Below are positions 47,301 through 59,793 of a stretch of 64,000 nt of DNA, one piece after another. How positions within the stretch are numbered: the stretch's first letter is position 1; the number at the start of each line of letters is the position of its first letter. The position numbers were made by a program, and so were the translations under genes. The stretch covers positions 62,001 to 126,000 of the forward strand of contig JAAOMT010000659.1 of assembly GCA_016748015.1 (NCBI GenBank), in the 5' to 3' direction. The DNA is from Geosiphon pyriformis uo1. Lineage: Eukaryota > Fungi > Glomeromycota. The notes under the pieces are model-generated. The model was given only the letters and a program-made list of their open reading frames with translations, searched no databases and was not told the origin of the DNA.

Positions 47301-50300
47301 TGGACTGACAACAACCAAAGTGAGATGCCACCAATTCTAGATTGGGAAGAAAAAAACAAAGAAAAAGGAAAAGGAAGGGAAGAAAACATACTTGAAGAAA
47401 CCACCACTACAGAAGAAATAACTAGTGGCTGGGAAAGGGAATATTCATGTGAACCAATAAAAGAGCCACCATATATACCTCTCAAATGCAAGGACTGTGA
47501 GAAAAAACTGTCTTCAATGGGAGCTTGGGTAGTGCCAAATAAAGACTACTGGATGCAAATCCATTACTATTACAAGCCTTGCCATAGAGAATGATATGAC
47601 TACCCAAAAAGACAAGGCAAGTGGGACAATGAACCATGTCTTGCTTGCGGTAAACAATTACTCAATGAAAAAATGTGGAATAACATTTCTGGTTGAGAAG
47701 AAATGTGTGACACTTCGTGCCAATACACAATCCTCATCAGTAATTGGATGAGTCATAGTATGCCTATTATAGCAGCATGGCACCAAGTTATATCTTGTCT
47801 AAATGGCTATTCACACGATGAGAACAAAATCTGGCAAATGGTCAATGTTAAAGTAGAAGGCACTTTGCCCAGTAAAATTCTGGAGATCAAAAATAACCCT
47901 CCAGAACCAACAGACATTGTTTTGGTTCTCAACCCGGACGCCTTTATTGACTTAGAAAACAGCCCAGAAGAATTTCATAAACACTATCAGAATTTAACAC
48001 CCATAAGAGAAGAGCAAAAGCAATGCTTGGAAGAAATCAACACCCAATTATGTGACTACTGTTTGATTCCATGTAACTTCCAATTCTGTGATGATTGTAA
48101 TCTTATCTACAATCCACCACCACACATGATCTACACGATTTCCGAAGAAAAAAAACCAATCAACAGCTGTGCATCAAAATCAAAATTGAGTTCCAACCCT
48201 GATTTAAACTCTGACAACAATGATAATGAAAATAATAGTTCCAGTTCTATTCAATATAACTATAATAATGACAATAATTCCAACTCAGATTCAAACTTCG
48301 ATTTAAACTATGAACAATATATTGCACTCCCTGATCTCACCAAGAAACAAGAACTAAAATGATTCAGTGATAATAATGAAGCTATTATGCTGGAACACAC
48401 ACATGATACTAATGCTGGATTTGATTTGAAGTATCCAGGAAAAGATGCCATTAAATTGAAACCATATTTGCACATCTGCATAGATCTTAAAATAGCTTTG
48501 GAAATTTTAGCAACAACAATAGTTCAACTAGCTTCAAGGAGTAGTTTAGTGAAAAGAGGGATAAACATCAAAGAAGGAATAATTGATGCAAGATATATAA
48601 GAAATATTATTGCTATACTACAAAATGACTCAGAAAAGGCCTATGTTATAGAGCCAAATGAAAGGATAGCACAGACAATATTCCTGCCTCTGGTTAAAAT
48701 AGCTCAGTTAGTGTTAGTAAAAAATAAGGAAGAATTAGGGATAACAGCAAGAGGGATACAGAGATTTAGATCAACGGATAGAATAAATGTACCAGTTAAT
48801 ATGGTGGAGAAAAAAATTATTGGCCAAAGAGAAATTATTTCAACCAGTCAAACAATTTCCATTCCACTAAATAGCCAATATATGTTAGCAATAAAAAGGA
48901 AAGAGAAAGAGCAAGAACAGATTTTTGAAGCAGAAACAATCCTTTGTGAATCAGAAGAAATTGAACTTATCAATTTACATATACTAGCCAAGAGCCATAA
49001 CCATATCAAAATTTCTATCTAGAACAACACCAGAAATGTTGTAGAAATACCGGAAGGAACCACTCTTAGATATTTAACCATGGAAATTAAAGATCAAGCA
49101 CCAAGCAGCATTCCAGATTTTCCACAGCTTTGTGGATATGTGGATATTACATTACAAACCATCTACAGACTAAATGAATGTTATCTGTTACAGCCAAAAC
49201 AATTGAAACAGATGAATATGAGAAATCTAGACTCACTTCAACAGATACAACTAAAAATGTTACTCAATAATTTCAATGACATCTTCACCAGTGAAAATGA
49301 ATTTGGCAGAACTGATATTATCCAGCATCAGATCAAAACTGGAGATGCAATGCCAATTAAACAGCAAACATACAGAGTACCACCAGCCAGCCATGAAATC
49401 ATCCATCAAGAGATCAACCAAATGCTTGACAATGGGTTAATTCAGTCATCAATGAGCCCATGGTCATTACCAGTAGTACTCATCCATAAGAAGAATAAAA
49501 AAATCCAATTTTGTGTAGACTACAGGAAACTCAATAGTGTAACTCATGGAGACAACTATCCAATTCCACAGATACAAGAACTATTTGACACTTTTGGTGG
49601 AAACAAATGATTCTCAATGTTAGACTTAGATAGTGGTTACTGGCAAGTAGTCATGGATCCAGCCAACAAAGAAAAAATGGTGTTCACCACAAGAGGGAAA
49701 ACTTTGAGTTTGAAGTTATGCCATTCAGCTTAACCAATATTCCAGCTATATTTCAACAGCTAATGAAAATTGTGTATACTGGCTTATTGTGGAAATCAGT
49801 AGTTGTATACTTGAATGATACCAATGTGTTCTCAAAAACATTGATGATTATCTACATCATTTTCAACAAGTGTTCAAAAAACTATGACAAGCAAGATTAA
49901 AATTGAATGCAACAAAGTGTTTTTTTGGCAAAACAAAACTAAAATTCTTGGAACACATAGTTAGCAAAGACAGCATAAAAACAGATCTGGAAAAAATAGA
50001 GATAGTAAAGAACTTTCCAATACCAACCAACGTAACTGAGCTGAAATCATTCTTGAGATTTGCGAGCTATTATAAACACTTTATAAAGAACTTTTCAAAG
50101 ATAGCACAATTACTCAATGATTTTTAAACCAAAAATGCAAAGTATGAATGGACTGAAACCCAGCAAGAAGCATTTGACATCTTAAGAAGAAAGCTTATTT
50201 AAGCTCCAGTATTGATTTATCCAGAACATAGTAAACTATTTATTATTACCACTGATGCATCAGGTCAAGCATTGGGAGCAGTATTATCTTAGAGAGAACC

Positions 50301-51985
50301 AGATGGAAGAGAACATCCAGTCGCATATGCCAGCCAAGGTTTAACACCAGCCGAAAAGAACTATAGAACACTAGAATTAGAACATTTAGCAATCTATTAG
50401 ACAGTTATGAAATGAAAAGAATACTTGAGCCAAAAGTTTGAGATGTACACAGATCACAAAGGATTGACATCACTCTAAAAACAAGAATTTGGAGACGGAA
50501 AACAGTTAAGATAGAAAATGGCACTTGTACTATATACTTATACCATACATTATAAAAAGGGAAAAGACAATGGAAATGCCAATGGTTTGTTGTGAATGAG
50601 ACAAATCTAAGAACATTTTAACCCAAAAATATAACAAAATCTGAACAATATTCACGAAAATATAACAAAAGATGAACACACAAAAATATTAACAACTTTA
50701 ACATTATATAAATACTCAACAGTTTAAAGAAAAATTATCTCAACCAGAACAAAAGAGGATTAAACAACAATCCAAATATTTTATCACTTACCAAAATATA
50801 CTTTATCGGAAAAATAGAAAAGATTCAGATCAATCAACCAGAGTAATTACAGAATCAAAAAAAGAGACAATACTGTTCAACATGCACTTAAATCTAACTG
50901 CAAGACATTTCCATAAAGAAACAACTATGGAAAAAACCAAAAAGGGATACTATTGGCCATCAATGTATTCAGACATCATCCAATATGTGCAAAATTGTGA
51001 TGCTTGTCAAAGAAGAGAAGGAACAAGACTCAGCAAACTATTAAGACCAATCAAAGTGGGACAACCATTTGACTGCATTGGAATCGATTTAGTTGAACCA
51101 TTGACAATTACCAGTAGAAACAACAGATATATTGCAATAGCTATGGACTATCTTACTAAATGGCCAGAAGCAAAAGCAATTTAAAGAGCGGATGCAGAAT
51201 CCATTGCTGAATTTGTTCATCAAGATCTGATTTGTTAACATGAATGTCCAAAAGAACTATTATCAGACCAAGGAACTCATTTTGTGAATAGAACATTAGC
51301 AGAACTAAGCCAAAGATTCGGAATTAAGAGACCACTATCATCACCATACCATCCACAAACCAATAGATTAGTTGAAAGATTTAATAGAACATTGTGTAAA
51401 GCAATAACAAAACTCAGCTAAGAAAACCAGAATGAATGGAATTTGTTTATACCATCAGTATTATTTGCTTATTAGACAATACACCATTTGAATTGATATA
51501 TGGTAAAACAACAACATTACCAGTTGAGATAGAGGTTAACACATATCCAACTGAACCAATAACAGAAGAGAATTTTCAAGAAACATTGTTAAGAAGAACA
51601 TATAACTTAATAGAAACATTGAAAACAAACAAAGAAGAGCAGCTAAGAACATACAAAAGTCACAAGAGAAACAAAAAGAAAAACATGATAACCAACTACC
51701 AGACAAACCAGTTGAATTCAAAATTGGAAACAAAGTACTCTTACATCATACCAAAGCAGAAAAACAATGGAGTGGAAAATTTGACTCCAAATGGGATGGA
51801 CCATTTCACATAAAAAAAATTCTAGGCAATAGAGCTTACAAATTAAGACTGGATAACAAAATCTTAACCAAAGCAGTACATAAAGATCGACTGAAATCAT
51901 ATTACAACATCACACCACCATCCACTAGTAATATTTTACAATTAGGAGTACAGAAGATACTAGTTCAACCAGAAGAGATTCCATG
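44329..51985 (+). pseudogene. gag-pol: Single-frame gag-pol polyprotein, decayed (~2500 codons)
   Basis: ORF fragments 44271, 44907, 45447, 46374, 47325, 47703, 48387 and 49080 share one frame. Capsid ~45321-45970; knuckle CHNCGKQDHIRADC 46074-46115; protease LDSGS 46779; RT YLND 49808; RNase H TDAS; integrase HHCC, GIDLV, SDQG, VERFN, WDGPF. Confidence 0.95.
48387..48780 (+). pseudogene. dut: dUTPase domain between protease and RT
   Basis: AGFDL, SRSSL, GIIDARY, ERIAQTIF, RGIQRFRST correspond to the five trimeric dUTPase motifs. Confidence 0.92.
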
Positions 51986-52019
51986 AGATCTGGAACCAAT
52001 CATCATTATTGACAACAAC

Positions 52020-52715
52020 ATGTTAAATTAATTCATCAAAAGAATATATAAAGACATAGTAGACATGACAAGAAATATCAGAAAAATGGAAATTACAGAC
52101 AACATCCACTCACTAGCACAACAACTCTTTCAATTGATTCAACACCAAGAGATGGAAATTACAATTAATCAACAAACCATCTGATATCAAGACACTAGAA
52201 AGACATTGCCACATAGAACACAGAAGAAAACAGAAAATACCATTGACAAAATCATTGCGAAAGTAAAATTAGCAATAAAAAAGTTGACAAAAGAGTCACT
52301 ATATCAAGAGTTGACTAAAGAAACTTGGAATTGGTGAATACAACAATTTCCAAGAAACTATTGTTATTTTTACTTGGGACAACACGTAAATATCCAAAAT
52401 CTATATATGGATAAAACAAAGTGATTATTCGACACAAGAATACTACAACAATTAGAACATTTTGTGAGAAAGAACAACTTATCCACACAGGCCCGAGCCA
52501 TATACCAAATACACACAGCATTTCAGGATCAACCAAAAATCTTACTCAACAAAGCAATAGATATGGTTACCAATAATCAATTAAGAAAGATCATTAATGC
52601 TCAATTTAAAGAATTATAGACTCAAATAACACAAGTAATTCTCGAAAATGAAATTCAAAAAATATTTCAAGAAGGGAAATTAACAGAGTTAGATTTTGAC
52701 AGAGCTCAATATTAA
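52020..52715 (+). pseudogene. Accessory ORF3, 231 codons, unknown function
   Basis: ATG 52020 to TAA 52715 with no frameshift; the five internal stops (TAA, TGA x3, TAG) are each one transition from a sense codon. Confidence 0.8.
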
Positions 52716-55700
52716 AAGGAGAGAATAATGTTACTCATAGAAATATAGAGAATATATATATTAGCATAGTTATTAACCAATCAGAAGTAGATGTAGTAAA
52801 ATGTAGAATTCCAGAATTCCTCTCAGAAATTACAGGATTCCAGAAATTACAGAATTCTCACAAGAAATTGCAGGATTTCAGAATTCCAGAATTCCTCTTA
52901 AAGGAATTGCAAGATTCCTGTGGTAAAGAATTGAAGAATTGAGGAATCTCAATTATGTATATATAGTAGTAGGATTAGAAGCTAAAAAGACAGACCTCTT
53001 AATTTAAATTTCATCTAGACAACTTTCCAAACCACAAATAAATAACTGTTTGTTATTTCAAACCTGCTGCTATTATCAACACTTCATGTTAATAGTAATT
53101 GATACTTAACCACACTGGAACAATAGCTTTTGATTATGGCTATTGATAGAATACTAACTTGCAAATTGCCTTGGCTTATTTCTTTTCTTTCTTTATTTTC
53201 TTTTCTTTTCTTTATTTCTTGCCTTGATTTTGGGAAGCTACAGATAAAACTATTACCATTGAATCTCTGTCCATTATACAAAGAATTCAACCAAACCCTT
53301 CAGATACAAACCTTTCATACACAAACCTTCAGATTACTATCAACTGCAACTAGAGTTGAGCACCAAGTTATGGGTTTGTTATCTAATCCAACACCAGAAC
53401 TAGTCACCTGTAACACCAATAAGAGAATAGTAGTTAACACATGAGCACATTGTTCAAGAAATTATAGCACATTACTCAAAAATGTGAGCAATCTTATAGA
53501 ACCTAAATTATGTATATATAACAAAAGTATTAGAAACAAAAAAAAATAATTTAAGAATTACCAATATCTCTTTATTATCACATTTCTATTATAATTATTA
53601 ATATTAATAAATAATTATTATCATCTAAATTACTCTTTCCACTATCAACACTTCATGTTGATAGTATTAAATACTTGATTAAATTAAAACAATAGCTTTT
53701 GATCATAGCTATTAACAGGATATTAACATTACTTGCCTTGGCTTATATTTTATTTTTTTTAAATTTTCTTTTGTATTTTATTTTTTTGTTGTTACTAATT
53801 GATTAAAGATTAAGCACTGAGTTATTGACATCAAGGATTGTTTGGTAAAAAACTCCTGTAAGAGGGTAGACACTTAAAATTAAGAATTACTTATCAAAAA
53901 ATTACTGGTCACCAAGCCAAGAAAAAAATTGATGGAATTGTGATTCCAAAAAGCTACTAAAAACAACTATTAAATCTCTGTTTATTATACAAAAGACTTA
54001 ATTAAAACCTTCAGACAACCAAAATCTTCAGATTATAATAATTGTATCAACTATTAGTACCAAGTTACAGGTTTGTTATTTGATTTGAGACCCTAAATAA
54101 TTATTTGTAATATTTGGTGCTCTCTGTGAGGTATAATCCAACAGAGAACTAACATCAACAACAACCATTCAAAACAGTGGCAGAATTCAAAAAAACAGGA
54201 ACAAACCATTTGAAATTTGCAAAATCTTTATTCCAATATTATTACACCCATCTTGGATTAGTAAATAATAATTGGCAGCTTTCAATTATTATGTTAACAA
54301 AAAAATTGCATACTACTTAAGAGATTAAAGAGATCCAGAATCTATTTTCAACAATTTTTTTAGTGAACTATTCCAAAGCACTACTCTTTCACAAAACTAT
54401 TTATTTGCATTCCTAATCATGGAAATAAATAAGGAAATTAAAAAATACACCAAACAAAAATTTTTTATCACTTTTGTGAACAAAGAAAAAAAAATTACAA
54501 ACACCAGCAAGAACCCCAAAGCAAATTCAACTACTTACTTGGAAGAAACAAAAATTTGATTCACTTGCTAATCTATCATATTACCATACACTCAGAAGCA
54601 CTATCAATATAATAGATATATCTATAGTAAGTGCAACAACATTACTAAACAGAATCCCATTCCAAAGTAAACAAAAAAAAGCAAAGTTATTAAGAACATA
54701 TAGCAATTATTTTGAGAGATTTAACTCATAATTCTCAATGTCATTAAGAATTTGATTATTGCCACCACCACCAGATTTCAGAGCCACTAGTCCTTAGAAA
54801 TTAACTGACTTTGAAGAAAAAAATAGCAATCAGAGAATTAATACTAAAAACCCAATCTCAGAAAATCTGGAAAATTAAACTTCGAGTGTCCTAACTTCAA
54901 AAAATCAGAACAATTCTAATCCCAACATTATTAATCAGTAACACTTACCTCCAGTAATTATAATCAATCAGTCACCAATTGAACCAATTACTGAACCAAT
55001 TTAATAATCACAAGTATTACCTTAACAACAATCACAACAATTACTTCAACAATTGTTATAACAACAACTAATAGCATATGTACCAATTGCCAAAATCAAA
55101 AAATTTATTGGCAAAGAAAATGATGCCCAAGTGTGACTGAATAATGTAAAAAAAGCCATTATAGCCAATAGATAAAATGATGCCAAAGCACTCCAAGCCA
55201 TCTCATATTTTCTCTAGGATACCATCAACTTGTAATATCAAAGCTTGGCCAACAAATCTCAAGATTTCAATGCATTTAAGTTTGAGTTCCTATGATATTT
55301 TAGTAACAATAATAGTATTAATTACTTAGCCAATGCCTTCACCACCATTAAGCAAGATAAAACTAAAGCAGTTACTACTTACCTAGAACACTTCTACAGA
55401 AACTTGCACCAAATTCAAGCCATTGATGCCAATTATTTCACCATAGCCCAAATCTTGAATTAATTTATCTGTGAATTATGTAGCAACATCCTGCAACATA
55501 TACATCCACTACATCCAGCCAATCTTTAAACAGCTATCACTCATGTCAGAGATTTTAAAGCTGCAAAACTCAAAGCCAACCATGCACTAGCTGTGAATCT
55601 AGTAATAAATGGATTATCTGACTTGGATTCCAAATTGAAACAATTCAGTAATTCAATTAATCAGAAATTAGAAGAGTACTTAGCTAACAATTAGACAATC

Positions 55701-58700
55701 TATTAACTATCACAATGATGTAATAATTCAGAAAACTCAAATTATTTCCAAAATTAAATACATCCATCATTATTAATCAATCAACTGTGGCAACCAAAGA
55801 TGCATATTTGTTAAAATTGTGATAAACAAGATCACATTAGAGCCAGTTGCAGAGTTTATAACAATAATTCACAATTGGAAAATTAATATCAAAACTCCAA
55901 TTGCAGATTTCAAACTCTGAGCTATTACCCAAATCAAGATTAATACTAATTCAATTACATCCCAATAACACAGCAACTAATGTACATACCTCCAATTTAT
56001 CAACTGGCAACACTCATAATATATTAACCACCACAGTTATCAATAATGTATTAACTACAAACCATTTAAATACCACCACCAATAACTGTGCCCAATAGAA
56101 ATCAAAGACCAAGAACCATTCAGCAAAACTGGAGATTGGCAATAATTGTTTATTAACTAATTTCTAGTATATCCCAACAACTCTCAAAATTGCATCCAAG
56201 AAATTTGGGAACTGGATATGCCCAAAACCCAAATTCTTAAAACTATTTAAGCCTCCTTGTAACCCCCAAAACCATCCAAACCAACAACCAGAAAACAAAC
56301 CAGAAACCACTTACCAGCAATATTTCATTAGCAACAGTTACCAACAACAAATTACTAACAGCCATTTTTTCTTTTAAAATTAAAAAATTAACTGCAACAT
56401 CTTTTTTTAATAGAGCTGCCCTTAATGCCAAACTCATCACTACAATATACACTAATATCAAAATTAATGGTCAGTCAATCAAATTGATCCTGAACAGCAG
56501 TTTAGCAGACAATATTATCACATAACAACTCATAAACCAATTAGGTTGCTGAGTTAATCATACAGCAAGCACCAGAATTATTACAGCCAATGGACCAATC
56601 AAGATCTCTATTGGTAAAATTAACAACTTTCTTTTTGAAATCAATAGCATTATTGTTCCTATCAAGATATTGGTAATAAAAACCACTCAGTACTAAGTTT
56701 TAGTTAATAATGACTGGTTGTTCAAGACAAATACTGTGCTTAACTAGAACATTCAAAAATTGCAACTCAGCCAAAATAACCAGCATATGTACATACCAGC
56801 AATTTGCAGTCACTTTAAATCTATGACTACACCAGTACCACTAATTAATGTTAAAAAAGAAGTAAACAAACCTACCTGGGAAGTCTATCAAGTCTTATAG
56901 GCCAATAACAACCATAATAAACTACCACCAATTTTTACCTAGAAAGAAAAGAGAAAAAAAAAAGACAAAAAGAAAAAAAAAACCAATCCAAACTACTACT
57001 TTTACATATATACTATACACTCACATACTACAAATTCAGCCAAACTATTACTGACCAAAGCTTATCTGCATTGATTGTGGCAAGAAATTGACATCAATAG
57101 ATACATGCTGTGGCAATAACAAAAAATAAACAATGGTAACAAAGTTTTATTGCCAATTATGTGTCATAGAGCATTTTAGATGACCTAAACGACAAGGAAA
57201 GTAGAATAATAAACCATGTTTTGCATATAGAGAAACTTTATTAGATAAAAAAATGTGAAATAACATTCCAGAACAAGAAAGAATGTGTAACAAATTGTGC
57301 CAATACATGATCCTAATAAGTAACTGAGTAAGAAAAAAGACATTAATAAAAGTAGTATGGAAAAGAGCAATAAGACATTTGAACAGATATCTATATAACA
57401 ATAATGAAATATGGCAAATAGCATTCACCAAAATTGAAAAAGCATTATCAAAAGAAATAAAAGTGATTAAAAACAACCTATCAGAACTCATAAAACTCAA
57501 TTGGAATTTAAATTCAGATATTGTCTTAGATTCTATGAACTTAAAACAATTTCATGAACACTACCAAAAATTAGCACTCATTAGGAAGAAGCAAGAACAA
57601 TGTTTAAAGCAACTAAACACTCAATTATGTGACTACTGTTTGATCCCATATGACTTCTAATATTGTAATAAGTGTGATCTTATTTACAATTCACTGATGC
57701 ACATAGTCTACATGATTTCTGAAGAGGAAAAACCAATTAATAGTTGTGTATTGGAATTGAAATTACAGTTCAATCTTGATTCAAACTCCGACAATGATGA
57801 TGACAAAAACAATGGTTCTAGCTTTGTTCAAAATAGCAATAAAAATAACAATGATTTGGACTTTTATTTAAACCCAAAACAATATATTGTGCTTTCTGAC
57901 CTTATAAAGAAGCAAGAACTTAAATGATTCAGTAATAATAATAAAAGTATCAGGCCAAAACACACACATGATACTGATGTAGAGTTTGATCTAAGATATT
58001 TAAGAAAAAAAGCCATCAAATTAGAACCACATTCACACATTTGCATTGATTTCAAAGTAGCACTAAAAATTCCAGAAACAATGATAATTCAATTATCATC
58101 TAGGAGTAGTTTAGCAAAAAGAACAATCAATATCAAAAGAAAAATAATTGAGACAGAATATGTGGGAAATATTATTGCAATGTTACAAAATAACTCAGAA
58201 AAGACTTATATCATAGAACCAAACAAAAAGATAGCACAGACAATATTCCTGCTTCTGATTAAAATAGCTCAATTAGTATTAATGAGAAACAGAAAAGAAT
58301 TAAGAATTACAGCTAAAGAGATTAGTGAATTTAGATCCATGGGTAAAATACCAGTTAATATGACAAAGAAAGAGGTTCTTAACAAGGGAAAAATTATTTC
58401 CACCTGTCAATCAATTTCCATTTTGCCATATAACCAATACATGTCAGCCATAGAAAAAAAAGTAAAAAATCAAGCTCAAATTTTTAAAGTAGAAATTACC
58501 ATTTGCAAATCAGAAAAGATTGAACTTACCAATCTTTACATACTAGCCAAAAGTCTGAAACATATTAAAATTCTCATCTACAATACAACAAGAAATATTA
58601 TTGAGATATTAAAAGAAATCACCATTAGATATTTAAGCACTGAGATTGAAAAACAACAACCAAACTCCATTTCAGACTTTCTAAAACTGTGTAAATATGT

Positions 58701-58821
58701 GGATATTACATTACAAACAATATACAGACAAGAAGAATATTATCTGCTCCAACCAAAACAATTAAAACAGATAAACTTGGAAAATTTAGACTCATTACAA
58801 TAAGCTAAAGATATTACTCAA

Positions 58822-59793
58822 TATTACTGGAGGTTTTTGGTCTCTTCTTAGCTCTTGTATGTTTGTTGTAATGCTGTTAATTCACGACTTATGGGAAGTG
58901 TTTAAATCTTTGATAACTGAATTTTATCTTCAAATTATTTTCTATAATTTGAACTGCTGGGCTTATCAGTGAAATGGCCAATTTCGTGTCAGTTGCTTTG
59001 TGTAGTTATGTTGTAGTAAATGTCAACTCTTTTCCAGGAATTGCTCATCTGGAAGCTCACTAAAAATGTGTAGTTACTTTTCTGTGAAAGTCAACTCTTC
59101 TATAGGAAGCTCATCTGTAGGCTACCCTAATGATTATAAGAATAAAAATAAAGAAAGAAAATAAAAGAAATGTAAAAAAAATAGAATTCTGTCAAGAAAA
59201 ACGTTTTCTATCCAGGTCTGGAGTCACTAACAGTTTATTGAAATTGGTAGTTAATCAATTTCAAAACTGTTTAGTAGGAATGGGTTAATTTCAAAAAGGA
59301 AATAATTAAAGATTTGATTTTTTGAATTATTTGACATTTATTTCGTTTTTGTGTAAAGAATGATTCTAATTGTTAAATCTGAAGTAAGATATATTTTCTC
59401 GAAGAGAGAAGCTCTTTTTTTATACAACTTGTTGTAACACTATTCTATGAACTTGAACTTTGCTATTTTTTTTAATTTCGCTAAACTAGAGATACATTTT
59501 GGCAAACTACAAGTTATTTCTGCAAACTATTAGATATTTCGGTGAACTATCAATTATTTCGGCAAATTTCTACAAATTTCAGCAAACTTTTTGAATATTA
59601 CATAGTTCAGGGTATTGCATGATTGATCATTACAATTAGGTTATATTTGTGTTATGTACAAATTGGGTTATTAATTAAATGATAATTTCGGATATTTTGC
59701 TAATGTAATAAGTGATAATTTGAAATGCTAATTAATGATGAATTATAAGAGTAATTTTATGCTAAGCAATATCTCTAATTTCATCTGGTAACA
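58822..59793 (-). repeat. Solo LTR type C
   Basis: T(A)TTACTGG..GGTAACA ends; perfect TSD TCAA; removal restores pol as at 49255-49290. Confidence 0.92.

Larger units (their letters stand above)
43397..53415 (+). mobile_element. Structurally complete Ty3/Gypsy element (family A, LTR A2), ~10.0 kb
   Basis: LTRs 43397-44269 and 52729-53415; perfect TSD CCAA; PBS 44272-44288; PPT 52714-52728; order gag-PR-Cys-dUTPase-RT-RH-IN-ORF3. Confidence 0.97.

Noticed and set aside
51790-51985. Chromodomain or env after integrase
   Set aside because: No chromodomain aromatic cage motif; ORF3 lacks signal and TM segments.
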